Below are positions 18,212-28,727 of a stretch of DNA of 64,000 nt, piece by piece. Under the pieces are notes generated by a model. That model made no database searches. It was not told where the DNA came from and saw only the letters and a list, made by a program, of their open reading frames with translations. The stretch is from an uncultured Chloroflexia bacterium. Its GTDB lineage: Bacteria; Chloroflexota; Anaerolineae; CG2-30-64-16. Made by a program: the position numbers and the translations under genes. Position 1 is the first letter of the stretch. Each line of letters starts with the position of its first letter. Location: NCBI GenBank assembly GCA_963774265.1, contig CAVZDU010000002.1, positions 96,001-160,000 of the forward strand, given 5' to 3'.

Positions 18212-18874
18212 TCAGGGATCCAGGAAGATCAGGGCCAGACGCGTGATCCGTCGCGGGGCGGACTCGTGTCCCAACTCCGCCAGCAGTTCGTCCGGGCGGC
18301 CCGTGGCCCCTGGCTCTGCTCGCATCGTCACATCAAAGGAATGGCCATAAGACGTCCTCCCGCGATAGGCGAGCGCCCGCACGAGAGGACGCAGGTCGTA
18401 GCGCGAGACGTCTTTGCCCTTGCGGCGTTCGCGCCAGGCGTCCGGCCGTGACATGAAATCCGCCAATCGTGAAGCGAACTCGTCGTCCGCCTCATCGGTC
18501 TCAACCTCCACTGTGTAGTGTGCACCGGTTACCTGGGACTGAAGCGAGGGAAGCTCGCGGGTGACCGGCTGCGCCGAAACGGGACGAATTCCTCGCGGAA
18601 GCGCTTCGCTCAGCCGGTGGATGAATTCGGGTGACGACAATTCGTCATTCAGGAAGATATCCGCAACCTCAGCCTGGCCCGTGAAACCCACCGGCAGCGC
18701 CGCAGCAAACTGCAGGCGCGGCTGGGGATTAAAGCCCTGCGTGTAAGCCAGGGGCAACCGCGCGCGGCGGATCGCCCGCTCCCACGCGCGGTGCATGTCC
18801 AGATGCCCGACGTACTTAACCGTGTCGTCGGTCGAAAACCAGACCCGCATCCGTTGAACGTAAGTCTCTGCCAT
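18212..18874 (-). CDS. Radical SAM-associated protein (TIGR03936/DUF2344)
   Basis: KYVGHLD...WERAIRRARLPLAYTQGFNPQPRLQFAAALPVG; lies downstream of the radical SAM gene. Confidence 0.9.
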   Translation of the reverse strand: MAETYVQRMRVWFSTDDTVKYVGHLDMHRAWERAIRRARLPLAYTQGFNPQPRLQFAAALPVGFTGQAEVADIFLNDELSSPEFIHRLSEALPRGIRPVSAQPVTRELPSLQSQVTGAHYTVEVETDEADDEFASRLADFMSRPDAWRERRKGKDVSRYDLRPLVRALAYRGRTSYGHSFDVTMRAEPGATGRPDELLAELGHESAPRRITRLALIFLDP

Positions 18875-18881
18875 ACCTGTC

Positions 18882-20873
18882 CTAAACTTTATGTCGCTGC
18901 GGCACGCGCGGGCCGGCCGTACGTGCCAGCTGCGGGCTCATGTCCTCGTTGAAGTAAATCGGCACGGGACGCGCGTCTACGGGCTGACGATTCTTGCCTT
19001 TCCCCAAGGGAGGACAACCCCAAGCCGCATCAGCCGCGCTGCGCCGCTCCTCTTTGAACTGCCCAAGGATGCCGCAGGAATAGCAGTGTTCGCGGCAATC
19101 ATCGATCACGGCGCCCTTCAGCGCATGACCATATTCATCGGCCAGGAAATGCTTCGACACGCCTGCGCTGATGTGATCCCACGGTAACACTTCATCCGGT
19201 CCCCGCTCACGGCGCGCGTACCAATTGGGGTCGATGCCTGTCTCCGCAAAAGCCTGCATCCACGCGGCCTCTCGGAACTGATCACCCCACCCGTCAAAGG
19301 CCGCGCCCAGCTCCCACGCACGACGGATCGCAGGCGCCAGGCGCCGGTCGCCTCGACTGAGGGTTGCTTCAAGCAGCGTCTCCCTTGGATTGTTCCAACT
19401 GAACTCCAGGCCGGGCGCACGGAGCCGTCGATCGAGAACCCCAATCTGGGCGAGAATCGTAGGCTCGTCGGCCAACGCGGCCCACTGGAAGGGCGTATGC
19501 GGCTTGGGCACGAGGGTGCTGACGCCGATGCGGACAGTTGATTTCCGACCCAGCACCTGAAACCCGATTTTGCGCACGGCGTGAGCCAGAGCCGCGATGG
19601 CCTGCACATCCTCCAAAGTTTGGGTGGGATGGCCGATCATGAAGTACATTTTGATCGTAGTCCAACCGCGGCTGTACACTTCACGCGCAGTGTCGAGCAT
19701 CGCCTGCGTGCTGATAGGCTTGTTGATGACATCGCGCAGCCGATCGGTGGCAGCCTCAGGGGCGAAAGTGAATCCCGACCGCCGCCGTCCCTTCTCCAGC
19801 TTGTCCATCAGGTCAACGCTGAAGGACTCGATGCGGAGGCTGGGCAGGCCGATAGAGAGCTTATCGTTCCCGTGTCGAGCGACAACTTCGCTCACCAGCT
19901 CGCCGATCTTGCTGTAGTCAGAGGAGGAAAGGGAGAGAAAGGAAACCTCCTCAAAGCCTGTCTCGACAACCATCTGATCGACCGCCGCGACGATCTCGTC
20001 GACTGGCCGTTCGCGCACAGGACGAAAGATCATACCGGCCTGGCAGAAGCGGCAGCCGCGAGTACAGCCGCGCTGAATCTCGATGGCCGCGCGATTATGG
20101 ACGATGTCGATGAATGGCACGACAAAGCGAGTGACCGGAGGCGGCAGCACGGGAACGATGCGCTTCGTCACCACGGCAGGCACATCCCCGCGAATCGGGC
20201 GCGTCCCGGACAGGGTCCCATCTGCGCTGTAGATCGCCTCATAGAAGGCGGGAACGTAGACACCATCGATCTGGCTGAGGCGCGCCAGGGCCTGGGTGCG
20301 ATTTAGGCCCTCACGTCGGGCGTCGGTCCAGGTGCGAGTGATCTCCAAAATCGCATCTTCGCCCTCACCGATGAAGAAAGCATCGAAGAACGCGTGCATC
20401 GGCTCGGGATTGAGACAGGCCGAGCCGCCTGCCAGGACCAGTGGCTCATCCGTGCGCTCAGCCGCCAGCAGGGGCACGCCGGCCAGGTCGAGCGTGGTGA
20501 GCACGTTGGTATACAGTTGCTCGTATGCCAGCGAGAAGCCAAGCACGTCAAATTGCCCCAAAGGATGACGGCTTTCCAAGGAATACAGCGGAAGGTTGTT
20601 GCGCTTAAGCGCATCCTGCATGTCGACCCAAGGGGTGTACGCGCGCTCGGCCAACATTTCTGGCTGCCGATTCACCCGGTCATAAAGGATGGCCAGTCCC
20701 AGGTTGGACATGCCCAGATCGTAGACATCGGGGAAAATAAGGGCCAGCCGATAGGAAACAGCATCCCAGTCTTTGGTGACGGCGTTGTATTCGCCTCCAG
20801 TGTAGCGGGCTGGCTTCTGAACAAAAGGAAGAATGCGGTCAAGGCCGCGGGAAATCATTTCGGGGGTAACCAT
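18882..20873 (-). CDS. B12-binding radical SAM protein (TIGR03960 family)
   Basis: VQKPARYTGGEYN, FPDVYDLGMSNLG, CxxxCxxC motif RGCTRGCRFCQAG, FTFAPEAA. Confidence 0.93.
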   Translation of the reverse strand: MVTPEMISRGLDRILPFVQKPARYTGGEYNAVTKDWDAVSYRLALIFPDVYDLGMSNLGLAILYDRVNRQPEMLAERAYTPWVDMQDALKRNNLPLYSLESRHPLGQFDVLGFSLAYEQLYTNVLTTLDLAGVPLLAAERTDEPLVLAGGSACLNPEPMHAFFDAFFIGEGEDAILEITRTWTDARREGLNRTQALARLSQIDGVYVPAFYEAIYSADGTLSGTRPIRGDVPAVVTKRIVPVLPPPVTRFVVPFIDIVHNRAAIEIQRGCTRGCRFCQAGMIFRPVRERPVDEIVAAVDQMVVETGFEEVSFLSLSSSDYSKIGELVSEVVARHGNDKLSIGLPSLRIESFSVDLMDKLEKGRRRSGFTFAPEAATDRLRDVINKPISTQAMLDTAREVYSRGWTTIKMYFMIGHPTQTLEDVQAIAALAHAVRKIGFQVLGRKSTVRIGVSTLVPKPHTPFQWAALADEPTILAQIGVLDRRLRAPGLEFSWNNPRETLLEATLSRGDRRLAPAIRRAWELGAAFDGWGDQFREAAWMQAFAETGIDPNWYARRERGPDEVLPWDHISAGVSKHFLADEYGHALKGAVIDDCREHCYSCGILGQFKEERRSAADAAWGCPPLGKGKNRQPVDARPVPIYFNEDMSPQLARTAGPRVPQRHKV

Positions 20874-21031
20874 GCGCTATTCTCCTTGCACCCTGCCGCA
20901 CAAACGCGACGCGGGGCGGGATTCGAACCCGCTGGGATGGATTGGCTTACAGCCACAGCGACAGTATACCACGATGGCTCTCACACGCCGTTTTAAGCCT
21001 AAGCTTCATCGCCGAACTTATCGCCTCTCGT

Positions 21032-21074
21032 TTGACAACCCCACCTCTCCTGCCTATAATGGTAACGATTCCAT
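21032..21074 (+). promoter_or_regulatory. Consensus sigma70 promoter with a LacI/cre-type operator at the start site
   Basis: TTGACA(21032-37)-17 bp-TATAAT(21055-60), overlapped by the palindrome ATGGTAACGATTCCAT (21059-21074) with central CG. Confidence 0.75.
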
Positions 21075-21111
21075 GACACGCGTAACTTGAACCATCAAGG
21101 AGGATTCTTTC

Positions 21112-22833
21112 ATGGGCAAGGCGATTGCAATGTCGGATTCGGTGAATGAATTTAAGCGAAACGCGCCTGCGATCGGGGTTTTCGCACCCGGCGATCCCCG
21201 TGTCGATGCAGAGAGTCGGCAGCGGTGCCGCAACATCTGCCGAATGGTAGCCGACACATTGGCCGAGCGCGTCAAGCTGTCCGATGGCTCACCCGCAAAG
21301 GTCGTGTGGGCTCCGATCTTGGTCGACGGTGAGCCGGAGGCCGATATCGTCGCCAGGCAATTCCAGGATGCCGGCGTCAAAGTACTCGTGTGTGCGCCCG
21401 ACACCTGGGCGTTTCCCCAACTGACGGTGATCTCGCTCCTGCAGCAGTTCCCCAAGGATACTCCGATCAACTTCACCTGCGGCAACTCGGGACCCAAGCC
21501 GGGCGTGGTCTTCTCACACGCGGTCAACGGCGCGCTCGCACAGTACGGGCGTATGTCGCACCTCAACGTGGGTACGTGGCCTGACACCGGGTTGAATCCG
21601 GTGATGACAGAGGGCACCAGCCAAGCGTTGGTGGATTGGGCGCACGCCGCTCTGACCACCCAGGCGCTCAAGGGCCGGCGCGTCGTCATCTTCGGCCACG
21701 ACTCGATGGGCATGGAGACCGCGCTGGCGCACGTGATCGCCACGCGCCAGCAGTTCGGCATCGAGATCACCCGGCTGGATATGAAACTGCTGGCCGACAT
21801 GCTCAACAAGAAGGCCTACCACGCCGAAGAACTCAAGGCCCTGCGCGGGTTCATCAACGGGCAGTTGGGGCAGCGAGTGGAGCTGCGTGACCAGGGGGAT
21901 TCAGACCGATTCGACCAGAGCCTGGCGCTTTATCTCATCACCCGCGACCTGCTCAAGGACCTCCATGCGGTTGGGGGCGGTTTCATGAGCCAGCTCGAAT
22001 GGGGTTCCGACCGCCGCGGGCTGCCGCTGCCGGTGGCAGATGCAATGGAGTCATTCTTCAACTCCACCTTCGACCACACAGGCCGCAAGCAGGTTGTACC
22101 CTTCGCCACCGAGGCAGACGTGCAGGGGCTGCTGACAATGCTCTTCTTCTCGGGCCTCACCGCAGGACAACCGCCGCTCTTCATGGACTTTCGCAAGGTA
22201 TGGGAGCCTTGGGAGCTGGGCCAACTGGCAGAGCGCATCGGCTTCATCCTGCCGCGAGACGAAGCGTGGGCCACGAAGGGCCTGGTGGACGGCGACAACT
22301 CAGGCTCTGCGTCGTTTGATTGGGCGGCCAAGCCGGGCGCGAGCATCGAGCAGATCCTGGCGGGAGTGGGCATGCCGCTGGCAGATGACGCTTATTTCCC
22401 TGGCATGGGCAACTCGGTAACCTTCAAGTCACCGGGCGGGCTGGCAGGCATCGCAGGGCGCCTGGCCTACAGCTCGTTGAGCGGATTGTTCAGCATGAGC
22501 TGGGACGAGGCCGAGACTGCCGAAGTGCCGGAGCCGCTGGCCTCTGCCCTGGCAGACATGACCAGCAACACCTGGCCGCATTCGTTCGTCGTGCCGAAGT
22601 ATGCAACCATGGGCGAATATAAGCATCTGCCGCCCGCAAACCACTTCCATATGATCCAAGGTCTCAGTCCCGCACGATTGGAGTACTGGATGGATCTGAA
22701 CTGCGTGCTTTCGCAGGCGAACTGGGCTGCGCGGCCGGCCTACCTCGAGGGCGTGGATCGGCCGCTGCCGGTGCTATACGCGGCCAACGGCGACGAGAAC
22801 AACGCCAAGCTGATGTTGGGCAAGAAGCTTTAG
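21112..22833 (+). CDS. L-fucose/D-arabinose isomerase family protein
   Basis: GHDSMGM, GGGFMSQLEW, FATEADVQG, NSGSA, TWPH motifs resemble FucI; RBS AAGGAGG. Confidence 0.8.
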   Translation: MGKAIAMSDSVNEFKRNAPAIGVFAPGDPRVDAESRQRCRNICRMVADTLAERVKLSDGSPAKVVWAPILVDGEPEADIVARQFQDAGVKVLVCAPDTWAFPQLTVISLLQQFPKDTPINFTCGNSGPKPGVVFSHAVNGALAQYGRMSHLNVGTWPDTGLNPVMTEGTSQALVDWAHAALTTQALKGRRVVIFGHDSMGMETALAHVIATRQQFGIEITRLDMKLLADMLNKKAYHAEELKALRGFINGQLGQRVELRDQGDSDRFDQSLALYLITRDLLKDLHAVGGGFMSQLEWGSDRRGLPLPVADAMESFFNSTFDHTGRKQVVPFATEADVQGLLTMLFFSGLTAGQPPLFMDFRKVWEPWELGQLAERIGFILPRDEAWATKGLVDGDNSGSASFDWAAKPGASIEQILAGVGMPLADDAYFPGMGNSVTFKSPGGLAGIAGRLAYSSLSGLFSMSWDEAETAEVPEPLASALADMTSNTWPHSFVVPKYATMGEYKHLPPANHFHMIQGLSPARLEYWMDLNCVLSQANWAARPAYLEGVDRPLPVLYAANGDENNAKLMLGKKL

Positions 22834-22912
22834 GCCAGACGGACGCGCAACTTACTTGCCATGGATCGCCGCGTGCCCTTAAGCCGACGCGCGGCGATCG
22901 GGCAGTTCGACG

Positions 22913-24302
22913 ATGGGCGATGGACGCCGGAGGTCCACTATCAACGCAAGTATTGCGGGGCTTGAAGCCCGACTGAATAGCTTCGATTATCACGAACGAA
23001 CCGCGGCCCTTCACGAGCTGGCTGACCTGACCAGGCGTGGTGAAGTGCAGTTGACGCCCCAATTGGGCATCGTGAACATGCACTGCCACACCTTCTTCTC
23101 GTACAATGCATACGGCCACTCGCCTGTGTCCCTGGCGTGGTTGGCCAAGAAAAAGGGCTTCGCGGCCATCGGCATCGTCGACTTTGACGTTCTGGACGGA
23201 GTCGATGAGTTCCTCTCCGCATGCGAACTGCTGGGGGTGCGGGGCAGCGCCGGGATGGAGACACGCGTGTTCATTCCGGAATTTGCGACGCGAGAGATCA
23301 ACTCACCGGGCGAGCCTGGCATCTACTACCACATGGGCATCGGCTTTACGTCAAGCAAGCCACCTACGGAGGTGGCGCCAATCCTTGCGTCGATGCGGAC
23401 CGCGCGCAGCGCGGCGAAATCGTGGAATGCTCGGGCGCATTAACGCACACCTCGCGCCGCTGGAGATCGACTACGAGACTGATGTGCTGCCGCTGACGCC
23501 CGCGGGCAATGCGACTGAGCGGCACATGCTGGCGGCGATGATTCAAGGTTCAGAGCGTCGTTTCCCTGACCTGGACGCACGCGTCGAGTTCTGGGCTGAG
23601 AAAGCTGGCGTTGGGGACGGACAGATAGCGGCCGTCATCGGTGATTATGCCAAGTTTTCGAATCTTCTGCGCGCCAAGCTGATGAAGAAGGGCGGCGTCG
23701 GTTACGTGCAGCCCAGTCCGCAGTCCTTCCCCACGGTCGAGGAATTCCATCGGCTCATTGTCGCTTGCGGTGCGGTGCCATGTGCCACCTGGCTGGACGG
23801 GACGAGCGAAGGCGAGCATGCCATCGGCGAGTTGCTCGAATTGCTCATCGGGAAGGGTGCGGCCGCGCTAAACATTATTCCGGATCGCAACTGGAACGTC
23901 TCAGACCCTGAGATACGCTACGTCAAGATTAAGAATCTGCACGAGATCGTTAAGACCGCAGGGGAACTGGAGCTCCCGCTCAATGTGGGCACTGAAATGA
24001 ATAGCCCGGGCAATCGGCTGGTTGACGACTTCTCGGTCCCCGTCATCGCACCACTGACCGGTTCATTCATGGCGGGCGCGTACTTCATCTATGGTCACAC
24101 GGTGATGCAGAGCGTGCGGCGCATGGGCTATGCGAGCGACTGGGCGCGGACGCATCTTCCGACTCGGCGCGCTCGAAATGCGTTCTATGAGACGGTGGGC
24201 CGTCGCGCGGAGCCGGGAGAAGCTCGTGTTCGCCGGCTGTATGATCTACCGACTGCGGTCACGCCTGCCGCCGTGCTCGATGTGCTCGCGTACGATCGCT
24301 AG
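22913..24302 (+). CDS. PHP-domain (metal-dependent phosphoesterase-like) protein, frameshifted near 23400
   Basis: NMHCHTFFSYN, GIVDFD, GMETR. ORFs 22913-23443 and 23106-24302 join with a +1 shift. Confidence 0.7.
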
Positions 24303-24742
24303 CAGACGTTGCATTCCAGAGTTTGCGTTTGAGGGCGGGCGGCACCAGGATGCTCAGGACGAGAGGAGTGGCGCTCGGCAAGGCGCCATTCTCCATTCAC
24401 ATCCACCCAGATGTCGGTGAGCATGAACACAGCGGTGCGGTCTTCGCCGTGAAGGGTGGCCTTCTGGCGCCACAACATGACGGCAACCGCAACGTCGTCA
24501 TACATACGCACATGGATATGGTCGACGGAAGCCTCCGTGATGCTGTAGTCCGCCAACGCTTCAAGCCAGGCATCGCGCGGCACGACTTGCAGCGGCAGGC
24601 TTTCCACAGCGATGACCAGGGAGTAGCCGTCGGCCATCATTCTCTGGAGTGCGGACACATCCTTGCGCTGAAACGCGGCGGCCCATTGCCGCTCAAGGTT
24701 GGAAATCTGCGCTTCTACGGGAAGATCAAGAGGCTGATTCAC
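24299..24742 (-). CDS. NTF2-like/DUF4440 protein
   Basis: LERQWAAAFQRKDVSAL...VRMYDDVAVA...TDIWVDVNGEWRLAERHSS. Confidence 0.8.
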   Translation of the reverse strand: MNQPLDLPVEAQISNLERQWAAAFQRKDVSALQRMMADGYSLVIAVESLPLQVVPRDAWLEALADYSITEASVDHIHVRMYDDVAVAVMLWRQKATLHGEDRTAVFMLTDIWVDVNGEWRLAERHSSRPEHPGAARPQTQTLECNVC

Positions 24743-24822
24743 GACGGTGACTCCTTAATTGCAGGGCAAATTGGAGCCAGTGTAGCGCAAATCGGCCCAA
24801 AACACAAAGGAGCCAACGGAAG

Positions 24823-26064
24823 ATGGCCGAACACCTGCCCGTATATGTGGGCGCCGAGGCACCTGAACGCCTGGCCTGCTTCTGTCACGAACGCGACCTA
24901 AGTCGTCTGGTCATCGTTGCAGACGGCAACACCCATGCAGCGTTGGGACGACACGCCGAAAGCGTGCTCAGGGACGCGGGTTTGGACGTGCGCGCGGTTG
25001 TGCTGCAGGGCGATGACATCGGCGCGGACGCGGCATCGGTATACCAGGTGCTGCTGGGGCTGGATAAGGCCCCGCATACGTTCATTGCGATCGGCTCCGG
25101 CACGGTCACCGATGTAACCCGCTTCGTGAGCCACCGCTCGAACTCGGAGTTCATCTCCCTGCCCACGGCCGCGTCGGTCGATGGATACACATCCATCGGC
25201 GCGCCCATGATCATCGAGGGCGCCAAGGTGACGGTCAAGTGTCAGGGACCGATGGCCGTTTTCGGCGATCGACCCACACTGTGCGCGGCACCGAGGGCGC
25301 TCACTGCAGCCGGTTTCGGAGACCTGATCGCCAAGCTGACCTCTGTGGCAGATTGGGAGCTGGGCCACGTTCTGTGGGATGAACCGTTCGACGGGGAGAT
25401 CGCACGGCGAGCGCGACAAGCCGTGTGGGGCTGCGTGGGCGAGCTTGACTCCTTGGCGGCTGCAGAGCCTGACGGTGTAGAGGCCCTCTTCCTCGGGCTG
25501 ATCGAGTCGGGTTTCTGCATGTTGGACTTCGGCGAGACCCGGCCTGCGTCTGGGTACGAACACCATGTATCGCACTTTTGGGAGATGAAGCTGCTGCGCG
25601 AGGGGCGGCACTCGATCTTCCACGGTGCAAAGGTTGGGTTGGGTGTGCTCGCAAGTGCGGAGTTGTACGACACGGTGCGGCGGCTAAGCGCGGACGACGT
25701 GCGCGCCCGACTTGCTGCGCATCCCGTGCCATCGCGAGCGGCTGAGGAAGCCGCGATCCGCGAGGGTTACCGCGAACATGCTCAATTCGCTATCGAGGCA
25801 CAGCAGCCATTCCTCGGCATGACCTCGGAGCAGTACGATGCGCTGCGCACGCGCATCGTCGACCGGTGGAGCGAGGTTTTGCGCATTGCGGCCAACACGC
25901 CCTCTGCGGCAGAAATGGCTTCATGGCTGCGCCGGGTTGGCGGTGCGACGACGCCAGAGGAGATTGGCCTGAACGCTGAGGAATACAAGATGGGTCTCCG
26001 CGTCGGTCACTACTATCGACCACGCTTCACAGTCAAGAAGTTGACCCACCTGCTTGGCCTGTGA
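24823..26064 (+). CDS. sn-glycerol-1-phosphate dehydrogenase (AraM/EgsA family)
   Basis: IGSGTVTDVTRF, PTAASVDGYTS, AGFGDLIAK, RPASGYEHHVSH, HGAKVG. Confidence 0.9.
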   Translation: MAEHLPVYVGAEAPERLACFCHERDLSRLVIVADGNTHAALGRHAESVLRDAGLDVRAVVLQGDDIGADAASVYQVLLGLDKAPHTFIAIGSGTVTDVTRFVSHRSNSEFISLPTAASVDGYTSIGAPMIIEGAKVTVKCQGPMAVFGDRPTLCAAPRALTAAGFGDLIAKLTSVADWELGHVLWDEPFDGEIARRARQAVWGCVGELDSLAAAEPDGVEALFLGLIESGFCMLDFGETRPASGYEHHVSHFWEMKLLREGRHSIFHGAKVGLGVLASAELYDTVRRLSADDVRARLAAHPVPSRAAEEAAIREGYREHAQFAIEAQQPFLGMTSEQYDALRTRIVDRWSEVLRIAANTPSAAEMASWLRRVGGATTPEEIGLNAEEYKMGLRVGHYYRPRFTVKKLTHLLGL

Positions 26065-26129
26065 GGGCGCCCGCGCCAACGCCCGCCTGCGTGTCGCAGG
26101 CGAGGCCGTATTTTCTTGAGGAGAGCATC

Positions 26130-27896
26130 ATGTCGGACAAACTCGAAATCTACCGCCGCGGTGCACCACCGCAGGGCACAACGAACCGGCTCTGGCCGCT
26201 CTATGGCGCTGGGCTGGAAAACCTGGGGGTAAACGACACCTTCATCGACGTCCCAATGCCCGCTGTTGGCCCGGACGAGTTGTTGGTCCGCCACGATGCG
26301 TGCGGCCTGTGCTTCTCCGACATTAAAGTCATCCGGTTGGGTCAGCAGCATCCGCGCATCACCAAGGACATCGCCAAGGAGCCAGTTGTTCTGGGCCATG
26401 AAGTATCCCTCACCGTCGTCCAGGTAGGCAGCGCGCTGCGGGATCAGTACCGGTCCGGGGATCGCTTCATTGTTCAAGCGGAAATTTACAAAAACGGTAA
26501 AAACCTGGCCTACGGGTATATGCTCCAAGGCGGGCTGTCGGAGTACACGGCCATCACTCAGACAATCCTCAACGGCGACGACGGAAACTACCTTCTCCCG
26601 GTTCAGCCCGACACGGGATATGCCGAAAGCGCCTTGACCGAGCCGTGGGCCTGTGTCACCGCGGCATACGAGCTCAAGTACCGCACGGGGATCAAGACTG
26701 GCGGAGCGTTGTGGATTATCGGCGGACCTGTGCTCTTGGATCGCCCCTATACGATCGGACACGGCTTCGATGATATCTCACATCCCGCCCGGGTGTACGC
26801 GACACACCTTCCCCCCGCGTTTGAAGCATGGCTGCGCGAGCGCGCCGCAACGCTCGGCATCCCCTTTGCCTCCATTGAGGATCTCGCACATCCGACGACG
26901 GACGAAACCGGCCCGCGCACGCACTTCGACGGCAAGCCGGCGCCGAACCACTTCGATGACATCATTGTGCTCGATCCAACACCGGAGTTGCTCGAAACCG
27001 TAAGCCCACACTTAGCTGACTTCGGCGTGTGCGCGCTCGTGGGCGCGCAACCTTTAGCCCGGCCGGTGAGCGTCGATGTAGGACGCGTCCACTACAACCG
27101 GTGGGTGTTCGTCGGCAGCAGTAGCCCGGACCTGTCGGATGCTTATCGCCAGCCCGCGGTACGCTCTGCACTCAGGCCGCGGGGCCGGGCGTGGTTTGTG
27201 GGTGCGGGTGGGCCGATGGGCCGGATGCACCTGCAGCGCGCGATCCAGGTCCCGGATGGACCCTCGACCATCGTCTGCACGGATGTCAGCGATATGCGCC
27301 TGGAAGACCTGTACGAATCGTATCGAGTGGAGGCGGAGTCGCAGGGCGTCGAACTGATCTGCTTGAACCCGACCAACCACGAAGCCTACGAGGCCGGGAT
27401 GACCCGATTCAGGGATCAGGGATTCGATGACATCGTCGTGTTGGCGCCTGTTGCGCCTCTGATTGCCGATTCAGCCAGATGGCTAGCCAAGAACGGCGTG
27501 ATGAACGTTTTCGCTGGGGTGGGCCGCGGCACGTTGGCCGGCCTGGACCTGGGTGAGGCCTACACTCGCGGGACTCGCGTCATTGGGCACTCCGCATCCA
27601 GCATCGACGATCTCAAGCTGATGCTCCACTTCGCTGAGTCCGGCACGCTGTCGCCGAATCGTTCCGTAGCTGCGATCGGCTCGCTGGAAGCAGTCAAAGA
27701 CGGTCTCCGATCCGTGATGGACACGGTCTACCCGGGCAAGGTGGTCATATACCCGCACATCAAGCCGCTGCCGCTGACCGCGGTGCCTGACCTGAAGGAT
27801 GTGCTGCCGACGGTCTACGCCAAGCTCAAGGACGGACGCGAGTGGACCAACGAGGCTGAAGCCGAGTTGTTGCGGGTGATGTTGAAAGAAGAATAG
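26130..27896 (+). CDS. Zinc-binding dehydrogenase, L-sorbose-1-phosphate reductase-like, extended
   Basis: CGLCFSD, LGHE, LTEPWACV, VGAGGPMG; RBS GAGGAG before ATG 26130. Confidence 0.8.
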   Translation: MSDKLEIYRRGAPPQGTTNRLWPLYGAGLENLGVNDTFIDVPMPAVGPDELLVRHDACGLCFSDIKVIRLGQQHPRITKDIAKEPVVLGHEVSLTVVQVGSALRDQYRSGDRFIVQAEIYKNGKNLAYGYMLQGGLSEYTAITQTILNGDDGNYLLPVQPDTGYAESALTEPWACVTAAYELKYRTGIKTGGALWIIGGPVLLDRPYTIGHGFDDISHPARVYATHLPPAFEAWLRERAATLGIPFASIEDLAHPTTDETGPRTHFDGKPAPNHFDDIIVLDPTPELLETVSPHLADFGVCALVGAQPLARPVSVDVGRVHYNRWVFVGSSSPDLSDAYRQPAVRSALRPRGRAWFVGAGGPMGRMHLQRAIQVPDGPSTIVCTDVSDMRLEDLYESYRVEAESQGVELICLNPTNHEAYEAGMTRFRDQGFDDIVVLAPVAPLIADSARWLAKNGVMNVFAGVGRGTLAGLDLGEAYTRGTRVIGHSASSIDDLKLMLHFAESGTLSPNRSVAAIGSLEAVKDGLRSVMDTVYPGKVVIYPHIKPLPLTAVPDLKDVLPTVYAKLKDGREWTNEAEAELLRVMLKEE

Positions 27897-27924
27897 TGCA
27901 CAGATCTAGCTGTGAGGAAAGCAT

Positions 27925-28713
27925 ATGAGTGGATTACGTGATCGGATAGCATTGGTCACTGGCGGCGCGCAGGGGCTGGGGCAGGCCATCTGTCTGCGCC
28001 TGGCGCGCGAGGGGTGTCACGTCGTCGTTGCCGACATCAAGATCGAGCAGGCAGAGGCGACTGCAGCGCTCGTCCGCCAGGAAACCGGACGCCGCGCCCT
28101 TGCCCTACGGATGGACGTGACCGACGAGGCGTCCGTGGCCGAGGGCTTCGCGGCGTGCACGGCCGAGTTCGGCCGGCTCGATATCCTGGTTTCCAACGCC
28201 GGCATCCTCATCGCCGAAGAGGTGGTCGAATCCGACGCAGGCAGGTGGAGGGCCGTGATGATGGTCAACCTGTACGGCTACTACCTGACCGCACGTGCCG
28301 CAACCCGCATCATGAAGGAGCAGCGGAGCGGCGCGATTATCCAGATCAACTCGAAGTCGGGCAAGAAGGGCAGCTTCAAGAATTCGGCGTACGCCGCATC
28401 CAAGTTCGGCGGCATCGGATTCACCCAGAGCCTGGCGTTGGAACTGGCAGAGGCAGGGGTGCGGGTGAATTCAGTGTGTCCCGGCAACCTGCTCGACGGC
28501 ACACTTTGGCAACAGTCTCTGTTCGAGCAGTATGCGCGGAACCAGGGACTCACGCTCGAACAGGTGCGCCAGAAGTATATCGACCAGGTGCCCATGAAGC
28601 GCGGGTGCACTTATGACGACGTGTGCAATGTTGTCGTTTTCCTGGCGTCGGACCAGGCAAGTTATATGACCGGTCAGGCGATCAATGTGACGGGCGGCCA
28701 GGAGATGCGATAG
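27925..28713 (+). CDS. srlD: Sorbitol-6-phosphate 2-dehydrogenase-like SDR
   Basis: TGGAQGLG, IIQINSKSGKKGSFKNSAYAASKFGG, YIDQVPMKRGCTYDDV, TGQAINVTGG. Confidence 0.85.
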   Translation: MSGLRDRIALVTGGAQGLGQAICLRLAREGCHVVVADIKIEQAEATAALVRQETGRRALALRMDVTDEASVAEGFAACTAEFGRLDILVSNAGILIAEEVVESDAGRWRAVMMVNLYGYYLTARAATRIMKEQRSGAIIQINSKSGKKGSFKNSAYAASKFGGIGFTQSLALELAEAGVRVNSVCPGNLLDGTLWQQSLFEQYARNQGLTLEQVRQKYIDQVPMKRGCTYDDVCNVVVFLASDQASYMTGQAINVTGGQEMR

Positions 28714-28727
28714 TCACGCAATCGACG

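Noticed and set aside
24823-26064. Archaeal-type G1P ether lipid synthesis
   Set aside because: AraM-type G1PDH in a sugar-catabolic context; no GGGP/DGGGP synthase genes in the window.
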